Part shown: positions 32,991 through 42,983 of the stretch, piece by piece
Layout: each line of letters starts with the position of its first letter
How positions within the stretch are numbered: position 1 is the first letter of the stretch
Assembly (NCBI GenBank): GCA_008690995.1
Contig: VRMN01000010.1
Location: forward strand, 62,001-126,000
Origin: Porphyridium purpureum
Taxonomy: Eukaryota
Direction of reading: 5' to 3'
DNA: 64,000 bases
Position numbers and translations under genes: made by a program
Notes under the pieces: model-generated
Seen by the model: the letters and a program-made list of their open reading frames with translations, nothing else
What the model was told of the DNA's origin: nothing
The model's database searches: none

Positions 32991-33959
32991 CTACTCACTC
33001 TCTGAGTCGCTGCGAATGTCGCCATCCTGCGAGATTTTGCCTGGCTGCATGACCTCGCGGTAGGCCACGCGGAGAATAAGGTTGAACCAAAAGGTGTGCA
33101 ACACGATAAGCACACATAATAGCACGCAAAAGACAAACCAATGCAGCGTGTACACGTGCCAATACATGACCCATTCGTTAAATTGCGGGTCCATGGCGGC
33201 AATCAAAAACGTTTCGAGCACAGTTGCGTACACCACGCGCGGAAGAAAGACCAGCCGGCTAATGTAGAACACAACCATGAATATAACAAACAGAATGGTG
33301 TCGAACGGCGCCAGCCCAAGGTAGTGCATCGTCTTGGCACCGTACAGAAAAATGTCGCCCACGTCGTGCAAGATGAGCACAATGACACCCACGCGCACGT
33401 ATCCCGTTACGTAGCTGCCACTGACCAGTATGGTCGTGGCGGCGTGATGGATGATGTATTGTACGTAGTCTGACCGGCGCGTGTCCATGTTGAGGAACAC
33501 AAGACAGCCAATGTAAAAGCCGAGCTGCGCGAGATAGTAAAAGCGGAGATCGGTGGACATGGCCGGCGGGTAATCTGTGAACAGGTCAAACATTTTCTCC
33601 TTCGACATAAACTGCACGCTCCAGTTCTCGCGTGAGTAGACGCTGACCCCAAACGCAAACGAGCAGATGTAGAAGATCGTGTAGAACGCGTTCTCAGACA
33701 ATTTTGCGCGCTTGCGCGCGTCAAACTTTTGGAATAAGCGCGGGAAGATGCGGCGCTCAACAAGCCAGCGGAAAAAAAACAGCGCAGAGGCAACCACCAA
33801 CGACACGGGGGCGTCTTTCCACAACGCCACATGCGGCGAGAGCAGCTCGGGCTTGCTCGGATCGGCGTGCTGGCCGATCTCACGCATCAGCGAAGTATAG
33901 AATCGCACCATATCTGGCGCATACCGCGGCGGGACGCCAGACATTGTTCCCAGATCCAT
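32991..33959 (-). CDS. LAG1: Ceramide synthase (LAG1/TLC domain)
   Basis: Lag1 motif RRSDYVQYIIHH...GVIVLILHDVGDIFL, FWFNLIL, C-terminal DIRSDSESE. Confidence 0.94.
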   Translation of the reverse strand: MDLGTMSGVPPRYAPDMVRFYTSLMREIGQHADPSKPELLSPHVALWKDAPVSLVVASALFFFRWLVERRIFPRLFQKFDARKRAKLSENAFYTIFYICSFAFGVSVYSRENWSVQFMSKEKMFDLFTDYPPAMSTDLRFYYLAQLGFYIGCLVFLNMDTRRSDYVQYIIHHAATTILVSGSYVTGYVRVGVIVLILHDVGDIFLYGAKTMHYLGLAPFDTILFVIFMVVFYISRLVFLPRVVYATVLETFLIAAMDPQFNEWVMYWHVYTLHWFVFCVLLCVLIVLHTFWFNLILRVAYREVMQPGKISQDGDIRSDSESE

Positions 33960-35184
33960 TGCTTGATAGCCTTGCGCGCCGCAAAATCCGAAATCCTACT
34001 GCGCGCCCCGCAACCTTGTGCTTCGTTCCGTCTCGCCGCAGCGCGCGCTGCGCGCATTTGACTAAACGGTTCATGTGGCAAAACCGGTTCGGCTTATTGG
34101 TTATTGGTGGACTCGCGCTTGGGCAGTGGATACAGGATTGCAGCCGCGCATCGGAGATTTCAGACAAGCGAGCTTTTGCGCGGAACCTCCATGGTCACGC
34201 ATCTCAATGCTGCCAAGCGCGCGCGAATGCGGGTGTGAGATTGAGAAGCGGCTTTGAGGATTCCATGTCTTTGCACAGACGCACGAGGAAAGTGAGGCAG
34301 GTGCTCTTCCGGGACGTACGGCAATGATCAAGGCGTCGCCGGACTGGAGGAAAACCCAGGTTATCGATATGCAACAGATTCCTCCTCCTATGAAGAACTC
34401 GATGGGTACGACGACGCCGGCCGCCTGCTCGCACACTGGTGAGACCAGCCTGCCGCTACACGTCGGCGTTCTGCGTGGTGCCCGTTTCGCGAGCAAGATT
34501 TTTGACATTTTTGGCGGTCTCATCTCTACGCGGCTCTTACACACCCAGGCGCGTCCGCGTTCCACTCACAGCGCACAAAAGACATCCAGTCGTGTTGACT
34601 CTATGCCGACCAGCTGATACCCCGGCACGCGTGAGGCGAGCTCGGAACCGACACCAGGAGCATGGCCAATGGCGAGCACGCAGGTGCGTCCTCGCTGTAT
34701 ATCTGCCCTGACAGCGGCACGCCACATTCTGCGCGTGAGCTGAGCGAAACCAACTGCCTGACGCATGTCTCACACCACTGACGCGCGCAACCTGCGAGGT
34801 CAATTCACTGTACACCTGGATGTACAGCGGTTTTAGGTGTACAGTGATGGGTGTACAGTGATGGGTGTACAGTGGGTGTGAAACCCTAGAGCGAGAATGG
34901 CAGGTGCAGAGCGCGGCCAGACCTCGCGGACGTGTGGTGGTAGTCGACATATGTGTCAGGGTGAGAGAGAGAGAGAGAGAGAGCGCGAGCGAGCGAGGAG
35001 GTAGGATAAAGGCGAGCGCGGCGTGTGCATGGTGGTGTATGGCAGATAGCCGAGCTGCGGCGAGCGTGCGTGCGTGCGAGAGAAAGCGCGATAAGGTCGA
35101 GGGCGTGGGTTTGGTGTGAGACTTCAAGCGTTTGTTTGTGTGAGAAAGAGAGAGAGAGAGAGAAAGCCGGAAAAAGTGAGCGAG

Positions 35185-36240
35185 ATGGACGCGGATCTGG
35201 TGAAGCGGGAGTTCATGGCCGTGTTTGATGAGCTGGTCGCGCAGCTGGATGCAGAGCTGGCGAGCTCGTTCGATGTCCCGCTGCCGGCGCAGGCGTACAT
35301 GCGCAAGATAATGACGTACAACGTGCCGCACGGCAAGCTCACGCGCGGCCTCGCAGTGCTGCAGTGCTACAAGTCGTTCTGTGGCCACGCACACGAGCTG
35401 TCTGCCGAGGAGACGCGGCAGGCAAACATGCTCGGGTGGTGCGTCGAGTGGCTCCAGGCGTGCTTCTTAGTCGCGGACGATATCATGGATGGCAGCCACA
35501 CCCGCCGCGGACAGGCGTGCTACTACAAGCTCCCAGAAATCGGCCTCAAGGCAGTTAACGACTCGCTCATTCTAGAAGCCATGATTTTCCGCATTCTCAA
35601 GGCCAACTTCCGGTCGCATCGGGCGTACGTGGAGCTGACCGAGCTCTTTCGCGAAATCACGTTTATCACAGAGGTCGGACAGCTGCTGGACCTCACATCG
35701 CAGCAGGAACCTGGGCATGTCGACCTCACGGCATTCACAAGCGACACGCTGTACCGCATCTACCGCTACAAGACGGCGTACTACTCGTTTTACCTGAGCG
35801 TTGCGCTTGGCATGCGGCTGGCCAACGTCGAGGACCCGCAGCTCTACAAGCACGCCGAGCGGGTGTGCCTGGCCATCGGAGAGTACTTCCAGGCGCAAGA
35901 TGACTACCTTGACTGCTTTGGCGAGCCAGAGCTGATCGGTAAAGTGGGTACAGATATTGAAGAAAACAAATGCACGTGGCTCGTCGTCACCGCACTGCAC
36001 GAGTGCAACGCTAGTGCAGAAGACCGAGCTTTGCTCGAGGCCAACTATGGACGCAATGACAAGGAGTGCGTTGCGCGTGTCAAGGAGCTGTATCGCAAGT
36101 TAGGTATCCCCGACGCCTTTCAGGCGTACGAGCAAAAATCCTACGACTCGATTCGCGCCATGATTGCGGAGCTGGAGGGGGTCATGCCGACGGGAGCATT
36201 TGATTTTCTGCTCCAAAAGGTGTATAAGCGCAGCAAGTAA
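35185..36240 (+). CDS. FPS: Farnesyl diphosphate synthase
   Basis: YNVPHGKLTRG, FLVADDIMD, TRRGQ, GQLLD, YKTAYYSFYL, FQAQDDYLD, GTDIEENKCTW. Confidence 0.96.
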   Translation: MDADLVKREFMAVFDELVAQLDAELASSFDVPLPAQAYMRKIMTYNVPHGKLTRGLAVLQCYKSFCGHAHELSAEETRQANMLGWCVEWLQACFLVADDIMDGSHTRRGQACYYKLPEIGLKAVNDSLILEAMIFRILKANFRSHRAYVELTELFREITFITEVGQLLDLTSQQEPGHVDLTAFTSDTLYRIYRYKTAYYSFYLSVALGMRLANVEDPQLYKHAERVCLAIGEYFQAQDDYLDCFGEPELIGKVGTDIEENKCTWLVVTALHECNASAEDRALLEANYGRNDKECVARVKELYRKLGIPDAFQAYEQKSYDSIRAMIAELEGVMPTGAFDFLLQKVYKRSK

Positions 36241-36401
36241 GGTCGATCGTCTTGGCTCTGCTCCATGGAGTTTTTATTTGCTAAGAGACAACGACGCTGC
36301 CCAATTTTGAACGGACAAGAAACAGGAGAAGTAGATGGCACCAGCGTAGGACTACATTTTCGCGTCATTCGATCACAAAAGCAGCGGGCTATCCTTTCCT
36401 C

Positions 36402-37124
36402 TCACAATATAATGACTCGGGCCTTGGGCTTGTCTGTTTTCTTCACAGAGAGTGGAGCGCGAGCCGGCCGGTTGCTCTTGACTGTATCTGACGCCGCGCG
36501 TTGTGCCGCGGCGGTTTCTCTTGATGGATAAGATTCCATGTCTGCATCAAAGTTGACTTCAAAATCCAAGGTCGGAACTACAATCGGAAGAAGCTCAGGC
36601 TCTGGCATTTCGTCTCTCCTCTCGTCGTGCTGCGGCACGGGTGACAATTGGATTTGCGGCTCCACGGACATCATGTGGACTTGTGGATCGTACGGCCTTG
36701 ACATGCTCTCGATGTCCAGCACATCCCCATACGGGTCGACGGGCACCTTCACTGATAGCGCTGCTTTCTGCGTGGTCAAACCGGCGGGCGTCTTGCGCGC
36801 CGAGGCCGAGGGTGTTTGCTGTGAGAACAGTGACCGAGTCACCGACTGACCGCTTTGGCCCTGCGCGCCATTATTAGTAATGTTCCCCAGCGCGCGCCGC
36901 ACTGACGTGGTTCCCGGTGTCTGCTGATGCTTATTCACGTGACCACTAGCCTGAGCACCGAACTGCTTTGCGCCAGGCGTCCTCAACGCTCCGGGCGTCT
37001 GCGCATGGCCCTGCATCGCAACACCCGTCTTGGCCTTTCCCAGCGGCGTTTTCCCAGCTAGCGCATTTTCATCGTGGAGCACTGGCGGCGCAAGTCCGAA
37101 CTGCGCGCTGCGTTGCGCGTCCAT
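36402..37124 (-). CDS. Disordered protein with DEN box and D-box; securin-like candidate
   Basis: HDENA, RRALGNITN, six TP sites, DIESMSRP; basic N-terminal half and acidic C-terminal half. Confidence 0.7.
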   Translation of the reverse strand: MDAQRSAQFGLAPPVLHDENALAGKTPLGKAKTGVAMQGHAQTPGALRTPGAKQFGAQASGHVNKHQQTPGTTSVRRALGNITNNGAQGQSGQSVTRSLFSQQTPSASARKTPAGLTTQKAALSVKVPVDPYGDVLDIESMSRPYDPQVHMMSVEPQIQLSPVPQHDERRDEMPEPELLPIVVPTLDFEVNFDADMESYPSRETAAAQRAASDTVKSNRPARAPLSVKKTDKPKARVIIL

Positions 37125-37732
37125 CTCCCGCTAACTGCGCGTCCTCCTCCGCCCCAACGCACCCTCACACCAAAGCCTTATTGCCCAGCGCCCACATCAG
37201 ACTTTGTCCCAATCTGCCTGCGGGACATCCGCCAATGCACCGCGAACTGTACACTACACCAGTAGCCGTTACGCCTTCTTTTTTTCTTCTTTCAAAATTT
37301 TGAAAAACGGCGCGCCGCAGCTCATTCAGCGCCACTGTACACCCACGTAACGCTCGCTGATCGTCAGTAGTGTACAGTTCGCATGTCACCACTTGGTTTT
37401 GCGAACGTGCGCACGCGTCAGTGGGGGGCTGGGTGGGACGTTGTCGATGTGACCTTGTTGCGTGGTCTGTACGTACTGCTCGAGATACGCCGCTGCGGCT
37501 CGCATATCGGGTCGTCTGCCTCTTCGCGGCGTCAGAGGCTTCTGTAAATTCGGTCGCAATACACGTGAGCCGACGAAGAAAAAGCGAGACAGAGGCGCAG
37601 GTGTGTGGACGGCAGAGGTTACATACAGCACCTGCGAGCAGCCTGCCCAAGACAACATTTATACTGCTGTGTTGGCATTGCGTGGCTGGTAAAAAAAAGT
37701 AGCGTTGAGAGCCTTCTCGGCAGACGCTAGTC

Positions 37733-38665
37733 ATGAAAAATACGCTGCGGGCCGCGAAACTCGCTCAAGCCACTCAGGATGTGCGCGGCCTGGCGAGTTG
37801 CGCGGCGCAAAAGTATCGGTGGAACGAATGGCCCGAGATCCTGCGTCTGGTGGATGAGATTCAACAGCCGACGTTCTGTGCAGGCATCGAGATCGACGCC
37901 GACGAAAACTGCCGCCATGTGACTCAGGACAAGTCCTGTGCGCTAGCGCGAATCGACGAGCTGTTTACTGACCCGAAAGCTCATCGCTTGGCGCAGCAGA
38001 GTCTGGATCGCGCGATGCAAAAGCTAGTGGCTGATGACTGGCATGATGGGGCGCCCAAGTCTGAGGATGAGCTGTGCGCGCGAGTGCATGCTGTATCGCT
38101 TGCAGAGCCAGTCAATCAGGTCGGCTACGACCTCGCATTTTTGCAGAGAGAGTTCAGCGAGCATGCCTTTAAGCGCCACCGCGAAGAGCTGGCGAATCAG
38201 TTGACGGCGTACTACTGCGCGCACATTTTCGGTGTTCGGGTTCGCGAGCACGTGCACGTGGCATGGAATAAGCGCCTGTGCAAGACTGCTGGAGTAACGC
38301 GCGCGGCCCAGGACGGTACGACCGGTCTGCGCACAGCTCGCATCGAGCTGAGTTGGAAAGTGGTAGATCGCACAGAGCGGTTGCGGAACACGCTTGCTCA
38401 CGAACTGTGCCACGCGGCACAATGGATTGTCGACCGCGAGAAGCGCCCGGACCACGGCGCCAGCTTTAAGCTCTGGGCACTCAAGGCAGCGCAATTTGAC
38501 CCGACTCTGCTGATTTCGAGGTGTCATTCGTATCAAATTGCGTACAAGTTTGTCTACCGATGCACCAACGCGGCGTGCGGAGTCTCGTACGGGCGCCACA
38601 GCAAGTCGATCGATCTGCAGCGCAGCGCGTGCGGCAAATGCCGCGGCCGCCTCGAGCTGACTTGA
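37733..38665 (+). CDS. SprT-family metalloprotease (GCNA/ACRC-like)
   Basis: WNKRLCKTAG, IELSWKVVD, TLAHELCHAA (HExxH), HGASFK, CHSYQI, C-x-x-x-C/RHSKS/CGKC zinc domain. Confidence 0.9.
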   Translation: MKNTLRAAKLAQATQDVRGLASCAAQKYRWNEWPEILRLVDEIQQPTFCAGIEIDADENCRHVTQDKSCALARIDELFTDPKAHRLAQQSLDRAMQKLVADDWHDGAPKSEDELCARVHAVSLAEPVNQVGYDLAFLQREFSEHAFKRHREELANQLTAYYCAHIFGVRVREHVHVAWNKRLCKTAGVTRAAQDGTTGLRTARIELSWKVVDRTERLRNTLAHELCHAAQWIVDREKRPDHGASFKLWALKAAQFDPTLLISRCHSYQIAYKFVYRCTNAACGVSYGRHSKSIDLQRSACGKCRGRLELT

Positions 38666-38757
38666 CTCGTGTCGAGCACGTGGAGAGGGAGGCAGAATAT
38701 GCTGCTGCTGCCGCCGACGCCACGTTGCAACCACCACCAGGAAAAGCAAAACGGATG

Positions 38758-39093
38758 TTATTTCTTCATAAACACACTCCCGCCCTTGAACTTGTATGCG
38801 GGACGCGCCTTGATAACGGCATGCCGGGCAAACTCGACGCCACATTTGGGACAGACGCACGGCTCGCGCGTAAAGTCCTCGACGATGCGCTCCAGCCAGC
38901 ACTTGACGAGCGCGCCATTGCCACCTTTGCGGTACTTGAACAATTTCTCAGTGCATTTCCTGCAGAAGATCGTGACCGTCTTGTCCGGCATCTTACGCGA
39001 CGGCTGCGCGAGCATCCGCAGCGGTACAACACAATGAGCGGCGCGTGGGCGCGCAAGGCGCGCAGGCAGCGCGCCGCAAGCCCAAGACAACAT
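38758..39093 (-). CDS. Small zinc-ribbon protein, bacterial-type, with targeting-peptide-like N-terminus
   Basis: CRKC..LFKYRKGGNGALVKC..RI..CPKC..FAR. Confidence 0.75.
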   Translation of the reverse strand: MLSWACGALPARLARPRAAHCVVPLRMLAQPSRKMPDKTVTIFCRKCTEKLFKYRKGGNGALVKCWLERIVEDFTREPCVCPKCGVEFARHAVIKARPAYKFKGGSVFMKK

Positions 39094-39591
39094 CTTCTCC
39101 CCCGCCTGCGACAGTTGCCCAACAAGGTCGGCCTGTTTATTTCAAGTATGGTTATAGCCCCCGAAAAAGGATGAACGGAAGGCACGACCTCTATGAATAG
39201 CGTCTCGCGGTGCGCACGGTCACGTGACGTCTAACCCCTGACACGACACGTGCGATGCGTCTTCTTCGGCAGCAGGGTCTCTGCTAAAGGAAGGAAGAAA
39301 AGAAAAAAGAAAACAGGGCAGGAAAAACAAGTACCGTGCGACAAGACGAAGGGAACAAACTTGAAGAGAAGGCGAAAGGTAGGAAAAAGCAGGCTGAAGA
39401 GGGAAGCATGATTCAGGCCCACCAAGCAACAGACAACGAGAGGGGAATGCCGCCATGCACGGGCATTTTGTGCAGGGCGCGCTGAGATCCGCTGCGCTCT
39501 GCTTCTCCTCCTCTGCCTCTGCGCTCGTCGCCTTCCGTCCAAAGCGAGTCAGTCAGTTTCGCTGCTATCCTGCAAGCCGACCGTTCTTCTC

Positions 39592-40545
39592 TTATTGCGT
39601 CTTTTTCGGCGCCGGTGACAAGCCGAGCTTCTTCGCGACGCCCGATTGCTCGAGCAGCGGCTGGCTTTTTTGCTGCACTTGTTCCTTGAGTTCGGCCATC
39701 TTCACATCAGCGACCTTTCTTAGCTCGACGGCCTTTTCCTCGGCCGCCGCCTTGCCCTTTGCGTAGTACTCCTGGAGCATTTTCTTGATCTTGACAAGGT
39801 GCACGTCAATCTCTTCCTTGTAGTTTTCGTAGACGACGGGCGCCGTGAAAATCGTCAGACCGACCAGGTAGATGAGCACGGCGTCTGGGATAACCCGGCC
39901 CACGAGCGACAGCAAATAGAACGCGACCATGAGCTGCAGCGTTCGCTTGCTGTCCACGCAGTACAGCGCCGCGATCAGGACGTCCATCGTCTTGTTCACG
40001 GTCGCGATCGACTTTTCGATGCGCGGCAGCCACACCTTCTTGTCGATGTACTCGGCGCCGTACGATGGCTGCGGGATGCGGGCCTTTTCGGTGAAGCCGA
40101 CCAAAAGCTTGGATCCGTTGACGATGAGGAGGCCGAGTAAGAGGTAGAACACGGCCGCAGAACTGAACACGCGCAGGAACGAGTACTTGCCAAAGAGCAC
40201 GAGCATGAACACGACGTTGAACGTGCCGAACACAATCCCGGTGACGAGCGGGTTCCTCCAGTAGATCACGTCATTGAGCGTGGTGACGGGCCGCTTTGCG
40301 GCGACCGGCAGCTCCACCTTGGGCAGGTACGCCAGGGGGTTCATCCCCGCGGACTCGTTGGCCGCCGGCGGCGGCGCGGACGCGCTTGCCGGGGCGCTCT
40401 GCATGCTGCTTGTCGCGTTCTCCACCCGCTCCACGGCGGCCGCGACCCCATCCTGCATGCTCTGCCCCACGCTCTTCACCACGTCGGGCACGTCTGGATA
40501 CTCGGCCGCCGGCGCGGCCGTGAACGCGTCCTCGTCGCCCTCCAT
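39592..40545 (-). CDS. Reticulon-like protein
   Basis: DVIYWRNPLVTGIVFG, two long hydrophobic hairpins, FTAPVVYENYKEEID; start at ATG 40545. Confidence 0.9.
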   Translation of the reverse strand: MEGDEDAFTAAPAAEYPDVPDVVKSVGQSMQDGVAAAVERVENATSSMQSAPASASAPPPAANESAGMNPLAYLPKVELPVAAKRPVTTLNDVIYWRNPLVTGIVFGTFNVVFMLVLFGKYSFLRVFSSAAVFYLLLGLLIVNGSKLLVGFTEKARIPQPSYGAEYIDKKVWLPRIEKSIATVNKTMDVLIAALYCVDSKRTLQLMVAFYLLSLVGRVIPDAVLIYLVGLTIFTAPVVYENYKEEIDVHLVKIKKMLQEYYAKGKAAAEEKAVELRKVADVKMAELKEQVQQKSQPLLEQSGVAKKLGLSPAPKKTQ

Positions 40546-41546
40546 CCTCCCCGCCTCACCCGCTACGATCCCCACGCCCCTCCACCCAGGAAACCACCAC
40601 CACCACCACGCACGCCGCTGTCCAATCCACACAACCCCACCCCACCCACCGGTCTCCTTCCTCTCTCTCTCTCTCTCCCCTCTCTCCCCTGCTCCTCTTA
40701 CTCCGTTAGCTTTCTCGCACGCACTAGTGCAGCAGCTGCCACGCGGCGCGTCTGAAACCGCCCCGATTTCATACCAACTGGCGATGCCCCCACCCACACA
40801 CACACCGACTTCAAACACGCGCGCGCGCTTGCTGTTTCTTCTCGCTGTTCCGTGTGATTCTTGTGATTCGTGGTGTCTGCATCCAACGCACACACCGAAG
40901 AGAAACCATGCGGGCAGCAGGCGCCCACACAACCAGCACGCACAGACCGCCACGCGTAATGAACGCGCGCACGCGCGCGCGCAAGACGAAAACGGCTCGG
41001 TTTGGATGTGGAAGGTACACCGCGCTGTACGCGCTACGTCGCGCGTTCTGCCGCACGCAGGCTCGAAAATGAACGCGGAGAAAATCTTGCACAAGTGGGT
41101 ATGGGTACAGTGAACAGGTTCGCGAGTACAGCGGGAGTACAGCGGGAGTACAGCGAGAATCAAGCTGTTGTGCGCGCTTTGCCTCCGGGGCGAATGGTGT
41201 GCCAAGTGAAGAATCGCAGAGGCCGAGAGGTCGGTGCGAAGGAGTGGGGGTGATGTGCCGAATTGTGTGCTCGAGCGGAGCTGGAAGAATCATGGAGGTT
41301 TGTGGGGGACGTGGTTTTACGAGCAGGGTCTCAACAGAGTCTGCACAAGCCGGGTGGACGGGTGAATGCGAAGAGCCGCGCAAACGTAGAGGGCGTAGCA
41401 TCGTAAGTTTGCACTCTGGAGTGTCGATTGCAAGCTCGAGTGTTGTTGAATCCAACCCTTCTTTGAGTGACAAGGTCTTAACAGAGAACGCAGTGAAAGT
41501 ACAGTGGGAGTACAGTGAAAAGCACTAGGAGTACAGCGGTGTACAT

Positions 41547-42983
41547 TTAATGGTTGGAGGGGCTGCTGGAGCTGGTGGCTCTGCGGGTGTACGCGTTGCG
41601 GAGCTTGCGAAAGCGCAGCTTGACGTCCTGGTCGGTGCAGTTGGTGAGCTCGCGCGCGAACACGCTCCACTGCGCGCCGCGCTCGTGGTACGAACGCAGG
41701 ATGTACTCGTCCTCCTGCGCCGTGAACGTGCGCACAAAGCCGCGCCGCTGCAGCACGTACGCCCACCGCGCGCGCAGCTGCAGCTCCGAGCGCCGCAGCT
41801 GGAAGTAGTGCCGCGCAAGGTAGCCCCAGTTGCGCGCGCCGTGCTTCTTGACCGCTCGCATGAGCGTCTCGTCCTCTTCGGCAGTCCAGTAGTGCTTCGG
41901 CTTGCGCGCAGTCGGCGCCGAAACCGCCATCTCGGCCTCAGCGACCGGCTTTTGCGCCTGGCTGCCCCCGGGGCGCTCCCGTTCCGATGGCTCTTCGTTA
42001 CGCAACGGCTGCTTGCCTTTGTCCAAACGGCTGAACATGGCCTTGCCGCTAGGCTTGGACAGATCCTTCGTGGTGTCCTTGGCAGAGCTAGCCTCGGCGC
42101 CACGCTGTGGTACCATGTCTGCCTGCGCAGCCATCGCGCGCTCCGATCTTGGCGCGCTTTGTTCCATCCGGGGAGCAATCGCAATCGGCTCGAGGCTTGC
42201 ACCTGGTTCCCCTGCAGCGGGTTGCTGCCTACTGTCCGCCATGTGCCGGCCCTCTTGCCCTTGCGGCTCGTCACGTCGTGATGGGCGCAGCTGCGGATCG
42301 CCTGCAAAGCACCGGAACGATGGCATGGCAGACGGAACCGCTGGTGGCGACGACAGGGACGATATTCGATGCCAAGAAGGATCCGCGAACACGGCCGCCG
42401 CCGCGTGCTCCCTGTTAATTTTCTCACGCGCGCGACAGCTCTGAAGAGGAGACGGCGGAGAATGCGCACCAGCATGCGCCTTGCTGCTGCCGATGCCACT
42501 ATCACGGGACGGAGAGGTCGCCAGACCTGAGCCTGGAAAGGCGCTGTATGTTGCCGCGTGACCGGGCATCTCCACGTGTTGCGTATCTCTGGATATCTGG
42601 CGCCACGGGGCGAGGAAGGGCCCCTGGATAGGCACTTGCGAGCTCACCTTGAATTGCTCCTGCTTTTGTCGCTTAAGGTTTCGTTCCATGATCTGATCCA
42701 ACGGCTCCACGTGAAGAAACGGAAACGCCTCTAACAATGGCGGAAGCACCGGCCCTGCGGCTTGTTCAAACTTTGGTTCTCGTCGGTGCAGCAGCTGCTG
42801 CGGCGCCCACGGCTGGAATGATTCCGTCCCTTGTTGGGCCTGCTCTGCGCGGCGATTCGGCATGGTGCGCTGACGGATGTTGAGCGCTGGCTCTTTCGGC
42901 GGCCTCGCCTCTGTCAGATCGTTTTCGTAGCTTGCGGAACTGGCTCTACTATCGGTACCTGAGCTATCTTTGGTCGATTCCAT
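41547..42983 (-). CDS. MYB transcription factor with two C-terminal repeats
   Basis: WTAEEDETLMRAVKKHGARNW..RSELQLRARW and FTAQEDEYIL..GAQWSVFAREL..TDQDVKLRF. Confidence 0.88.
   Translation of the reverse strand: MESTKDSSGTDSRASSASYENDLTEARPPKEPALNIRQRTMPNRRAEQAQQGTESFQPWAPQQLLHRREPKFEQAAGPVLPPLLEAFPFLHVEPLDQIMERNLKRQKQEQFKVSSQVPIQGPFLAPWRQISRDTQHVEMPGHAATYSAFPGSGLATSPSRDSGIGSSKAHAGAHSPPSPLQSCRAREKINREHAAAAVFADPSWHRISSLSSPPAVPSAMPSFRCFAGDPQLRPSRRDEPQGQEGRHMADSRQQPAAGEPGASLEPIAIAPRMEQSAPRSERAMAAQADMVPQRGAEASSAKDTTKDLSKPSGKAMFSRLDKGKQPLRNEEPSERERPGGSQAQKPVAEAEMAVSAPTARKPKHYWTAEEDETLMRAVKKHGARNWGYLARHYFQLRRSELQLRARWAYVLQRRGFVRTFTAQEDEYILRSYHERGAQWSVFARELTNCTDQDVKLRFRKLRNAYTRRATSSSSPSNH

Noticed and set aside
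34324..34617. 97-aa ORF between LAG1 and FPPS
   Set aside because: No recognisable domain or coding-like pattern; unsupported without expression data
40546..41205. N-terminal extension of the reticulon ORF (similarly ARFRP1, FPPS, HIT, NDUFA9 extensions)
   Set aside because: Mostly non-ATG starts running through leader or microsatellite sequence; homology begins at downstream ATGs
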